DNA of 64,000 nucleotides from an uncultured Verrucomicrobiae bacterium (lineage in GTDB: Bacteria > Verrucomicrobiota > Verrucomicrobiia > Limisphaerales > Palsa-1400), in assembly GCA_963702845.1 (NCBI GenBank), contig OY969763.1:672001-736000 (forward strand), read 5' to 3'. Under the pieces are notes generated by a model. It saw only the letters and a list, made by a program, of their open reading frames with translations. It ran no database searches and was not told the DNA's origin. Shown one piece after another: positions 33,282-42,261 of this stretch (position 1 is its first letter; each line of letters opens with the position of its first letter). The position numbers were made by a program, and so were the translations under genes.

Positions 33282-34523
33282 AATCACCGGTTTTCGCCGC
33301 GCCGGTGGCCGCAGCCAAAAGATAATAGCCAGCCCGACGAGCAGCAGTCCCACCACCGACCACGCACCTCCCGACGGATGTTGCGGCAACAACCAAATCG
33401 CCAGCGCCGCAATCGCCGGTCCACCACCATTACCCGCACCAATTGCTGCTTCATGAATGCCGCTATGTTCCCCCTTAGTTTCGCCAACGTCCATAGAGTA
33501 GAACAGCGAAGAATAATAAATCAGTCCGTGGGCGAGGCCAAAGACAACCTGAGCCCCGATCAACACCCAAAGATTCGGCACAAGCAGGATCACTGCAAAC
33601 GCGGCAATCATTGCAACGTAAGCGGCGACGAGAAGATGAAATTTGTAATGCCAACTCGGCCAGAACCGCAACACCACAAACGAGCCTGCGCGTACAAACA
33701 TCCATATCGAACCCGCGAACCCGGCGATCATTGGCGAAAGTTGCATTTTGTGCGCCAGCGTCGGAATGATGGCGATGACTGTGTTGCAACCCAGGTAGGC
33801 GAACGGATTGGCGACCCAGGCGATTTTCAAAAACGCCCCGGCATCGGTGTGTTTTTCGCCAATTGTTGCCTGTTCGCTCACTGAGTTGGACGCGGGCAGG
33901 ACAGAAGCGCTGGTATCTTTGAGGTCCCTTTCAATAAACAGGGCGAGGACATATTCGACAACGAGCAACGCAGCAGGGACCAGATAAAGGCTGCGAATGC
34001 CTAAGTGTTCTATCATCGCGCCGCCCGTGAAATACGCCAACGCGCCGGCGCCGGCCCAGGTGAAATTATAAATTCCCACCATCGACTGCATGCGATGGCG
34101 CGGTTCTCCTTCGCTCACCATCGCTTCCAACGCGGGCCAGGTGAAGCTTAGACCAAAATTGGCCACAAAAAGAATCAGCAGCCACAACCACAAATTCCCA
34201 ACGAACGCTCCAACCGCAAAACTTACGGTCAGAATCGCAACGCCAACCCGCACCGAATAAAAATAACCGTGCCGCTGCGCAAAACGTCCCCCGTAAATCG
34301 CCGCACCCACATAGGATAGTCCCAGTGCCGCCGCCAATAGAAGGTTCTGCAGAGTTTTGAACCCGAATTGTTTCTCTGCGAGGAAGTAGATGTAGTAAAA
34401 GAAATAGGTTGTCGCCAGCGAGTTAATCGCCTCAAGCGCAAAAGCCCCGCCCTTGAGCCTCCTCGTATGCAGGCGGACATGGGCCGGCTGTGTTGCCACT
34501 GTTGTAGAACTAGAACTACTCAT
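33279..34523 (-). CDS. MFS transporter
   Basis: About 12 hydrophobic segments; GGRFAQRHG motif-A-like, WPALEAMVSE and HSGIHEAAIG. Confidence 0.85.
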   Translation of the reverse strand: MSSSSSTTVATQPAHVRLHTRRLKGGAFALEAINSLATTYFFYYIYFLAEKQFGFKTLQNLLLAAALGLSYVGAAIYGGRFAQRHGYFYSVRVGVAILTVSFAVGAFVGNLWLWLLILFVANFGLSFTWPALEAMVSEGEPRHRMQSMVGIYNFTWAGAGALAYFTGGAMIEHLGIRSLYLVPAALLVVEYVLALFIERDLKDTSASVLPASNSVSEQATIGEKHTDAGAFLKIAWVANPFAYLGCNTVIAIIPTLAHKMQLSPMIAGFAGSIWMFVRAGSFVVLRFWPSWHYKFHLLVAAYVAMIAAFAVILLVPNLWVLIGAQVVFGLAHGLIYYSSLFYSMDVGETKGEHSGIHEAAIGAGNGGGPAIAALAIWLLPQHPSGGAWSVVGLLLVGLAIIFWLRPPARRKPVI

Positions 34524-34683
34524 CGAATTTCGAGCCGGTGATACTACGAAACGTGCCGCCAATTACAACGTTTCCCCGGAGTGCGGGCGTCCGCGCCCGT
34601 AGCAACGGCGCCTACAAATCCCGCTTAGATCGTTCCCGACCGTCGAACCCACAGCGCTTCTCCCTATCGTCACTGCTTCACAG

Positions 34684-34755
34684 TTGACAAGTAGCAACTG
34701 TACGTTAGCCTTCCTTTCAGGTTGCGGAGCCTCAAGTGCCGCTTGTTCTTTGAAA
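34684..34755 (+). promoter_or_regulatory. sigma70 promoter followed by hairpin and boxA-like sequence
   Basis: TTGACA (34684-89), 16-nt spacer, TAGCCT (34706-11); GCGG..CCGC hairpin; TGTTCTTTGAAA (34744-55). Confidence 0.5.
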
Positions 34756-34844
34756 TAGAATCGTCAGACAATTTGGGCGCGAAAACCCTCATATTTTCTG
34801 AACTATAATGCGCGTAAAAGTGCTGCAATGTATCGATTCAAAAA

Positions 34845-34873
34845 CTTGACCGTTTCTTGACCATTCCTTGACC
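34845..34873. repeat. Three phased CTTGACC direct repeats (11-bp period)
   Basis: CTTGACC at 34845, 34856 and 34867. Confidence 0.8.
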
Positions 34874-34907
34874 GAAAAACGAAGCTCAAAACGGCTGGCA
34901 TGCTGAT

Positions 34908-34920
34908 AATCAAGCACTTG
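34908..34920 (+). promoter_or_regulatory. IHF consensus site
   Basis: AATCAAGCACTTG matches WATCAANNNNTTR exactly. Confidence 0.5.
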
Positions 34921-35147
34921 CGGTAAACCGCTGAAAACGCCGGTCGGTTTTGCGTAACAGATGCAGTTTTGGCTAAAAATTCGCCGATTCGCGGTAGTTC
35001 GCGCTAATTCGCACATGATCGCAGTGAAATGTTTTGATAGTCGCCTGCCCCATCAACTTCGCGCTTGCCGAAATCCAATAGCCGCGCAATGTTCTCGCGT
35101 GTTCAGCGCCGTGGTTTCGTTTTAGGGAAGCGCGACATCCTTTTAAA

Positions 35148-36612
35148 ATGGAGCACTATCCGAAACATTATTGCGGTGTATTTGGCGTTTACGGTCATCC
35201 AGAACGCCGCCGAACTTACGTATTACGGCCTCTACGCCTTGCAGCATCGCGGCCAGGAAAGCGCGGGCATCGTGACGAGCGACAATGGAGAGTTCCGCGA
35301 GCACAAGCGCATGGGCTTGGTGTCGCAGATTTTTAATGGCGATGTGCTGCGCGCCTTGAAAGGGCCGATGGCAGTCGGTCACGTCCGCTATTCCACGACC
35401 GGTTCGTCACATTTGCGCAATGCGCAACCGCTGACCGGTGTGATTGCAAGCGCGGCCAGATCGCGATCGCGCACAACGGTAATTTGACCAATGCGGCGCA
35501 ACTTCGCGAAGAACTCGAAGAGACCGGCGCAATTTTTCAAACCACGGTCGACAGCGAAATCATCTTACATTTGCTGGCCCAACCGTGCCTCGACGGTGCG
35601 TGAAAACAACCTGATTCAAACTGTGCGCCGGATCGAAGGCGCCTATTCGCTGGTGATCATGACCGAGCACGAGTTGATTGGCGTGCGTGATCCGCATGGC
35701 TTCCGGCCGCTGTGTTTGGGGAAGGTCGGCGATGCTTTGGTGCTCGCCAGCGAAACGTGCGCGTTTGATTTGATTTCGGCGAAGTACGTTCGCGACATCG
35801 AACCCGGTGAAATTGTTATCATCGATAAAAACGGGTTGCGGAGTATCCAGGCATTTCCCGAGCAGACGCAGCGCGCGTTTTGCATTTTTGAATACGTTTA
35901 TTTTGCGCGACCCGATAGCACGATTGCCAATCGCAACGTCTATAAGGTGCGCGTCGATATGGGACGCGAGTTGGCACGCGAGCATCCGATCGACGCAGAT
36001 ATCGTCATTCCGGTGCCCGATAGCGGCAACTGCGCGGCCTTGGGGTATTCGTTGGAATCAGGAATTCCCTTCGAGATGGCGTTTGTGCGCAATCACTACG
36101 TCGGACGCAGTTTCTTGCAGCCATCGCAACTGATTCGCGACTTCGATGTGCGCGTGAAGTTGAACTTGATCAATGAGCTTGTGCGCGGAAAACGCGTCAT
36201 CGTTGTCGACGATTCGATTGTGCGCGGAACCACGTGCAAAGCGCGCGTGAATAATTTGAAAGAAGCGGGCGCGAAAGAAGTGCACGTGTTGGTGAGCTGT
36301 CCGCCGCACATGAACCCGTGTGTTTACGGAATTGATTTTCCTGATCGAAGCAAATTGATGGCGGCGAATCATTCCTTGGACGAGATTCGCGCCTATCTCA
36401 ATGCGGATTCGCTCTCGTATCTGTCGCAGGACGGAATGGTGCGGGCGACAGGTCTTCCGCGGCATTATTTTTGCATGGCGTGTTACGACGGCAAATATCC
36501 TGTGGCGTATGATCCTTCCATCGATAAGCAAGTGATGGAGCGGCGTCGATCGAGGACAGAGGGATTGGGTTACGGCATCAACAAAGAACAGATGCAGTCG
36601 AAGTTGCTGTAA
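35148..36612 (+). CDS. purF: Amidophosphoribosyltransferase; about 3 indels (near 35190, 35439, 35600)
   Basis: [14 protein letters not shown]-terminal Cys, [51 protein letters not shown] and YGID. Confidence 0.95.
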
Positions 36613-36732
36613 GCATTCAGCGTCTGGGTCCGCTTCAGTTCTGGGTCGTTAGTGTTTCCCTGCATTCCGAAAGCAGTGGTGTGCCTCCCTTGAGTACCGT
36701 TGGTTGTGGAGTACTTTGGCGGCGGGAGGGTT

Positions 36733-37875
36733 ATGAAAACAGTTTTACTTTTTGCCGCTGCGGCCATGCTGCTCGTTGGATGTGAGAGTCCCTACGAAAC
36801 AAACGGAGTGGGTAGTTACGGGTATACCTACGATTTAAACCTGCCGCATATGTCGGGTTCGCCCGCGGCGCTCCAAGCCTTAAATGAAACGCCCGGGACA
36901 CCTGTTGTGGCAGGCTCTCCAACGCTTGGTCCGTTGCCTCCAGGGCCGGCCGCCCAAAGTGTCACGTTCTATGAAGGTGCGCAGGCGCCGCAAACAGCAG
37001 TCGCCGCCACGACGCCGACATGGACAGTCCCCGCGCCAGTGACGTCGGTTCCGGGAGCGGTTCCCGGCGTGGTGACGGGTGTCCAAGGTGTGCCCGTGAA
37101 CGAAGCAGCTGGAGCGGCGGCAGGCGAAGTCGCGCCACAGACAGCAGCGCCCGTCGGCGGCGGATTCTTTGGTGATGGCGGGGTTACAATCGTCGGCTCG
37201 AACGGTTTGCCGACAAGCCAGACCGTTTTTCCAACCAACATCACGATCTCTAATATTATCGTCACGAACTTGACGAACACCGGTGGCAACACGAATGGTG
37301 CACCCATGACCAACGCCGTCGGGGCCATCACAAATGCAAACGGTTCCACCGTAATCACTAACTTCACCGGTGGGCCGAGTAACTTTGCTTTGACGAATGG
37401 AACAAGTTTCACGCCAGTGCCCGGGGCGACGAATAATTTGAACAACCTGCCGCGCGCAAACGCTACGGCACCTGGTGCTCCGTCAGGAACTACTTTAGTG
37501 CCGGCCCGCCCGTTAGGCCAGCCTCCCACGCCATTTCAGTCTCAGGTTATATCTGGAACAACTACGACGCCAAATACGCCAACTCAGCCAGGGCCAACGA
37601 CCACTGAAGCAGCTGGCGCCGCAACTGGGAATGCAACCGTGATAGGCGGTGGCCTTGGCGTGCAGCAAAATACGACGACGGGCACTGTGCAGCAAAACAC
37701 GGGGACGGCGGGAACCACAACGCAGGGGACAACAACCCAATCCAGCAGCGGCGCAACAACGACCACGCCGACTTCATCAGCCGCGCAACAACAGCAGCAG
37801 CGCATTTTATTGCAACATCAAGCGGCGCAGCGGCAAGCTGCTCCGGCTCCTGCTCCGGCAGCCGCGCCTAAATAA
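36733..37875 (+). CDS. Low-complexity Thr/Gly/Pro/Asn/Ala-rich lipoprotein
   Basis: MKTVLLFAAAAMLLVGC lipobox with a GGGAGG SD; repeated EAAGAA; Q-rich tail. Confidence 0.7.
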   Translation: MKTVLLFAAAAMLLVGCESPYETNGVGSYGYTYDLNLPHMSGSPAALQALNETPGTPVVAGSPTLGPLPPGPAAQSVTFYEGAQAPQTAVAATTPTWTVPAPVTSVPGAVPGVVTGVQGVPVNEAAGAAAGEVAPQTAAPVGGGFFGDGGVTIVGSNGLPTSQTVFPTNITISNIIVTNLTNTGGNTNGAPMTNAVGAITNANGSTVITNFTGGPSNFALTNGTSFTPVPGATNNLNNLPRANATAPGAPSGTTLVPARPLGQPPTPFQSQVISGTTTTPNTPTQPGPTTTEAAGAATGNATVIGGGLGVQQNTTTGTVQQNTGTAGTTTQGTTTQSSSGATTTTPTSSAAQQQQQRILLQHQAAQRQAAPAPAPAAAPK

Positions 37876-37878
37876 TAG

Positions 37879-39237
37879 TTAGCCGACGCGCTCGATCAAT
37901 TGTAGCAAACCGCCTACGAGCGCGTCACCGGACGTGGCCACGAACGGACATTGGCCGGTGAACTTTGGGGATTGCAGGGCAGCATAGCCGCCGCGCTCAA
38001 TTTCGAATTCGTCGGGTAGGTAGCCGATCGAGCCATTAGAATAGCCGAGGACGAAGATATCTTTGGCTGAAGAGCGCTGGCGGAGGTCTAGGCCGAATTT
38101 CGTGAACAATTCGGACGGATGAGCGGCAAAATAGGAGTCTCCGATTCGCAGCACCTGCAGTTCCGCATTCACCGGTTTGGCTGTCTCGCCTTTAGTGAGC
38201 ATTTCGTCAGACCATTCGATGCCAAATCGCGCCAGCGCGGCAATGGCTTTGGATTCACTCCCGCCGTAACGCAACGGCAATCGATCCGGTTGACCGACAG
38301 CAGCGCGCGCGAAACCTTTTAGCCAATCCCTCGTATCGCCGGTGTTTTGGCGGTGCAGCGCCTCGTCGCGAATGGTCATCACTTCGCTACGAGTCCAAGG
38401 ACGCGTTGGCAAATCCACGTTGCTCGAGGCAGACGCAACGGTCGTGTCCTTTATAGGTTTAGCCGTGAGCCAGGCTTCGAACACAGCGGCTGTGATTTGT
38501 TTCGCCGGTTCGGATCGTAGCTCGGTGCTGGCGAATTTGCGGAACACGTTTACGTCTCCAGCAGTGCCCTGAACGTAGAGGGCGGTCGTGCCCGGGAATG
38601 CCTTCGCAAAACGATCGACGACTTCGCCCGGCCAATCGCGGCTGATGGCGCGCAGATCGACTTCCATGTGCGCGGTGCAATGCGAATGAAAATTGATCAC
38701 CGCGCTGATCGGTTCTTCCTTGGGCGATTCGATTCGCAAAACGCTGAGGCGGGTATCGACGGGACCACCTTCGCGCGTGCGGTTGAAAGTGAGGCCGGAG
38801 ATTTCGCTGTGGCCGGTGCTGATGCGCGCGGGTTTGCGATTGTTCCATGCTTCGACGATTGCGTCGGCAGCTTGTTTGGCGGCGAATTGGAGATACTCGG
38901 GATTTTGTTCACCTGCGCCACGGATGAAACCGGCAGTGGGCGCGTTGTGCGAATGAGAGCAGTTGACGCAAATGGATTCCGGAGCGAGGCCGGTTTGGGC
39001 GGCAGCCTGTTGCCGAATCGACGCGGTGAACGCTTCGTCGTTATACATCAGGTCCAACGCAACGATCGCGACGGATTTGTCATTCGAGCCAGTGATGACA
39101 AGAGCAGTCGCGTTAATGTCGTCGCGCACGCGCTCCCAATAGCGTTCGAGATAGTAGCCGAGCCCGGCGAGTTCGACCTTCGTGGTCGGCGTGATGACGC
39201 GACGCGCTATGCCAGCTTGGAAACCGGTGCTTTTCAC
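37879..39237 (-). CDS. Neutral/alkaline ceramidase N-terminal-domain-like hydrolase
   Basis: AGIARRVITP, CSHSHNAP, FNR, NFHSHCT, ISRDWPG, QGTAGDVN, PSELF and GYSNGSIGYLP. Confidence 0.8.
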   Translation of the reverse strand: MKSTGFQAGIARRVITPTTKVELAGLGYYLERYWERVRDDINATALVITGSNDKSVAIVALDLMYNDEAFTASIRQQAAAQTGLAPESICVNCSHSHNAPTAGFIRGAGEQNPEYLQFAAKQAADAIVEAWNNRKPARISTGHSEISGLTFNRTREGGPVDTRLSVLRIESPKEEPISAVINFHSHCTAHMEVDLRAISRDWPGEVVDRFAKAFPGTTALYVQGTAGDVNVFRKFASTELRSEPAKQITAAVFEAWLTAKPIKDTTVASASSNVDLPTRPWTRSEVMTIRDEALHRQNTGDTRDWLKGFARAAVGQPDRLPLRYGGSESKAIAALARFGIEWSDEMLTKGETAKPVNAELQVLRIGDSYFAAHPSELFTKFGLDLRQRSSAKDIFVLGYSNGSIGYLPDEFEIERGGYAALQSPKFTGQCPFVATSGDALVGGLLQLIERVG

Positions 39238-39902
39238 TATTCGAAGAGCAATGTTCCAAAGCAGCGCGGCAAATGGAAATTAAATTCGTCCACCGGCGAC
39301 CATGACGCCCAATGTGGATGTGAGAGGTCTTCGGCGCATTTGAAAAAATTGCCGCGCCATTGCTGGCTCTTCAAATTGCCGAGCGGGCCGACGAACTTTT
39401 CTAGAACCGCGCGAGGAAGAAAAAAGCTCAATTCCCACGTGATTGGTTTTGTGATTTCGGGATCGACGACTTTTGGAAGGGAAGAGCGGATTTGGATTGT
39501 TGTGCCGAGTTCCCGTGGCACCTGGGTCCACTTTTTGAGTCCGTTGGCGTCGCGGGTTGGGTCTTCGATGTACCAGGTCAGATGAGAACCGCCTGCGTTC
39601 ATTTCTAAATTGAAGTAGCCTGCGTTAGCACGTGGCTGCACAAATAATTCGACGCAACTGTCTTTCCAAACTTCACTGCAATACTCGGTGCGAACGGAGC
39701 GGACGTATTGGTCGTCAACTTTGTAAATGCCGCAGATGCCGTCATCAGTATAAAGGAAGCGAGCGGACGTGCGCGGGCGATGGTCGCTGCTTTCGGGACG
39801 GAAGGTCTCAATTTCAACGATGTGAGCGGCACTCCACGCAGGATCGTTCCAGTTTTTGGCAAGCGGAGGTTCGGACGCGCAGCAGGCGATGCGATAGGTC
39901 AT
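39237..39902 (-). CDS. Carbohydrate-binding family 9-like protein
   Basis: VWKDSCVELF, YFNLEMNAGG, WRGNFFKC and NFHLPRCFG. Confidence 0.8.
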   Translation of the reverse strand: MTYRIACCASEPPLAKNWNDPAWSAAHIVEIETFRPESSDHRPRTSARFLYTDDGICGIYKVDDQYVRSVRTEYCSEVWKDSCVELFVQPRANAGYFNLEMNAGGSHLTWYIEDPTRDANGLKKWTQVPRELGTTIQIRSSLPKVVDPEITKPITWELSFFLPRAVLEKFVGPLGNLKSQQWRGNFFKCAEDLSHPHWASWSPVDEFNFHLPRCFGTLLFE

Positions 39903-40630
39903 GCGATTTTGCTATGATGGAAAAACAAGTAATACACGCCGGCAACGGCAATAAACGAAAAAACGACGCGGCGCATTTGTTTGGGCGAGATTTTTTCCAG
40001 GCACCAGTGGCCTCCAACAATTGCGCCATAGAGCGGGATTGCGAGCAGCACGCCGCGACCCCACGAGAATTGCTGGAAGTAACCGAATTTGCTGTAACAA
40101 ATCATGCGCAACACGCAGCTCACCGTGATCATGACCTGTAGAAACGCCATAATTTGGCCGCGCGTCCACGGGTTTGTGTAGGCGTAAGCGGCAGTCGGAA
40201 TGCCGCCAAGATTAAAAGCGCCGCTGAGGCCGCCGCTGAACAGTCCTAATGGAATCGTTAGCGGACGGGGAATCGGTTGTTGGCTTTGCTTCAGAAAAAA
40301 TTCACGTGCCGCGATCACGACCATCACACAACCGAGGATGTGCAGCAGGAGCGATTCGCTAGCGCTGTTTAGAAAGTAAACGCCGATCGGCACGCCGATG
40401 CAGACGCTTATGAGAAAGGTGAGGCCGAGGCGCCAGTTGTAATCTTTGGCGTGGCGAATGAAGGTGGTGACCGTGGCGAGGAGTGAGAAAACGGTCGAGA
40501 TCGCCGCTGCCTGTTTGATGTTCAGGAACAGTGGCATCAACGACATTGAAACCAGCCCAAAACCGAATCCCGTCAGCCCTTGGACGAACCCGGCGCACGC
40601 GAGTGTGCTTCCGAGCAATAACCAATTCAT
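39899..40630 (-). CDS. Sulfite exporter TauE/SafE family membrane protein
   Basis: AGFVQGLTGFGFGLV and SGGLSGAFNLGGIP internal repeat. Confidence 0.88.
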   Translation of the reverse strand: MNWLLLGSTLACAGFVQGLTGFGFGLVSMSLMPLFLNIKQAAAISTVFSLLATVTTFIRHAKDYNWRLGLTFLISVCIGVPIGVYFLNSASESLLLHILGCVMVVIAAREFFLKQSQQPIPRPLTIPLGLFSGGLSGAFNLGGIPTAAYAYTNPWTRGQIMAFLQVMITVSCVLRMICYSKFGYFQQFSWGRGVLLAIPLYGAIVGGHWCLEKISPKQMRRVVFSFIAVAGVYYLFFHHSKIA

Positions 40631-40767
40631 TTCGCAGCGAATTCTCCACGAATGCGCGCCAAAAGCAAAGAGCCGTCTGCATGAGCAGCATCAAACTTTT
40701 ACACTCCCTTAACAAAACAGCTTTGCGTTTAAATAAATACTTAACAGTGCGGAATTAGCTTAGACAC

Positions 40768-42198
40768 ATGAAACCGAGCATTTCCGCAGTGTTGATGTGG
40801 TTGTTGATGTCAACCGGTTCTGCTTTCGCCGACGCGCAAATCGATAGCTGGTTTACGCGCGATTCGGGCCGATACGCGCGGATTTATCAAACGACAGCCG
40901 ATCAAACCTCTGGCACCACAGTGACGACATGGAGCCGCGGTTCGGGCGTGCAATCCGTCCCGGTCTATGTCGGCGTGCATGATGTCAGTTATTCCGCAAG
41001 TTGGGTTTACGTTCACACGAGCGGGTTGGCCAGTTATGTGATGGGGCCTTGGTACCTGAACGCCGCCAAGACGCAGCTTTTTCCAAATTACCCAGCGAAT
41101 ACAAAGACGCTTTACCGCATCCCGCGTAATCCAACGATTCCCGCGAGCAAGACACTAACCGGGCTGGGGGCAGTCGGATATTTCGTCAATGGTGTGGCGC
41201 TATTCGATAATCGCGATGCGTTTTACTGGAACGGCACGGCGGATGTATCGGGCACGGGCAACTGGAATCGCGATGCTTACGTAAACGAAGGGGTGACGTT
41301 CGACGCCGCGCTCGCGCATCAAGCCGGTGCGACGCATCACTATCACGCGAACCCGATCGCGTTGCGATATCAGCTCGGTGACCACGTTGATTTCACCGCG
41401 GCGAGCAACACCTACAAGGAGAGCGCGAACGCGCCTACGCAACATTCGCCCATCGTGGCATGGGCGCGCGATGGTTTGCCGATTTACGGGCCCTACGGTT
41501 ATTCGAATCCAACGAACTCCAGCAGCGGAGTGCGCCGAATGATTTCGGGTTTCGTAATTCGCGACGGCAACAACGGGACGCAAAATTTAATACTGACGGG
41601 AAGAACTAATCTGCCACTGTGGGCAGCCCGCGCTTACAACCGTTCGGCAACACTGTTGGCGACCGAATATGGTCCAGCCATTAGCACCACCTATCCGATG
41701 GGACGTTATATCGAGGACAACGACTATCTCGGCGATCTTGGCAAAACTTTGGGCAGTGACTTCGATTTGAACGAATACAACGCCCGTTACTCCGTGACGC
41801 CTGAATTCCCGAACGGCACATGGGCGTATTTCGTTTGCATCACGTCGAGCGGCGCGCCGGCGTATCCCTACAACATCGGTCGTGCGTTTTATGGAAATCC
41901 CACAGGCAACACGGTCACGAGCATCACCGAAAGTGTGACAACAAATTTTATTGGCGCGGCCAGCGCTGAGTTGCGGATGTCGACGCCGGTGGTGAATAAC
42001 AATGTTGTGAGTCTCGTCTGGACCGCGACCGAAGGCGGCACGTATCGGATTGAATCGAGTGGGAACCTTGTAAACTGGAGCACGAACGCGGCGGGCATCA
42101 ACGCCGTCTACAATAGCGGTTCAGCGACTGCCGCGAACACGTTCACCAACCAATCATTCCGTGTCACGCGAACTGCCCTCGCGACGTATGACAACTAA
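40768..42198 (+). CDS. Secreted YHYH-domain protein 1 (HHYH variant) with C-terminal module
   Basis: Signal peptide; VNGVALF, AHQAGATHHYHANP, HSPIVAWARDGLPIYGPYG, DLNEYNAR..TPEFPNGTWAYF and YPY. Confidence 0.85.
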   Translation: MKPSISAVLMWLLMSTGSAFADAQIDSWFTRDSGRYARIYQTTADQTSGTTVTTWSRGSGVQSVPVYVGVHDVSYSASWVYVHTSGLASYVMGPWYLNAAKTQLFPNYPANTKTLYRIPRNPTIPASKTLTGLGAVGYFVNGVALFDNRDAFYWNGTADVSGTGNWNRDAYVNEGVTFDAALAHQAGATHHYHANPIALRYQLGDHVDFTAASNTYKESANAPTQHSPIVAWARDGLPIYGPYGYSNPTNSSSGVRRMISGFVIRDGNNGTQNLILTGRTNLPLWAARAYNRSATLLATEYGPAISTTYPMGRYIEDNDYLGDLGKTLGSDFDLNEYNARYSVTPEFPNGTWAYFVCITSSGAPAYPYNIGRAFYGNPTGNTVTSITESVTTNFIGAASAELRMSTPVVNNNVVSLVWTATEGGTYRIESSGNLVNWSTNAAGINAVYNSGSATAANTFTNQSFRVTRTALATYDN

Positions 42199-42261
42199 TA
42201 CGTTTACAAAATTCTTTTTGAGCGACCAAAATTTCTTAAACTCCACACCTGCAGCATTCGT

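Noticed and set aside
34808..34849. 13-codon uORF MRVKVLQCIDSKT as a purF leader peptide
   Set aside because: It has no SD or telling residue bias and lies about 300 nt from purF, so it cannot be supported from sequence alone.
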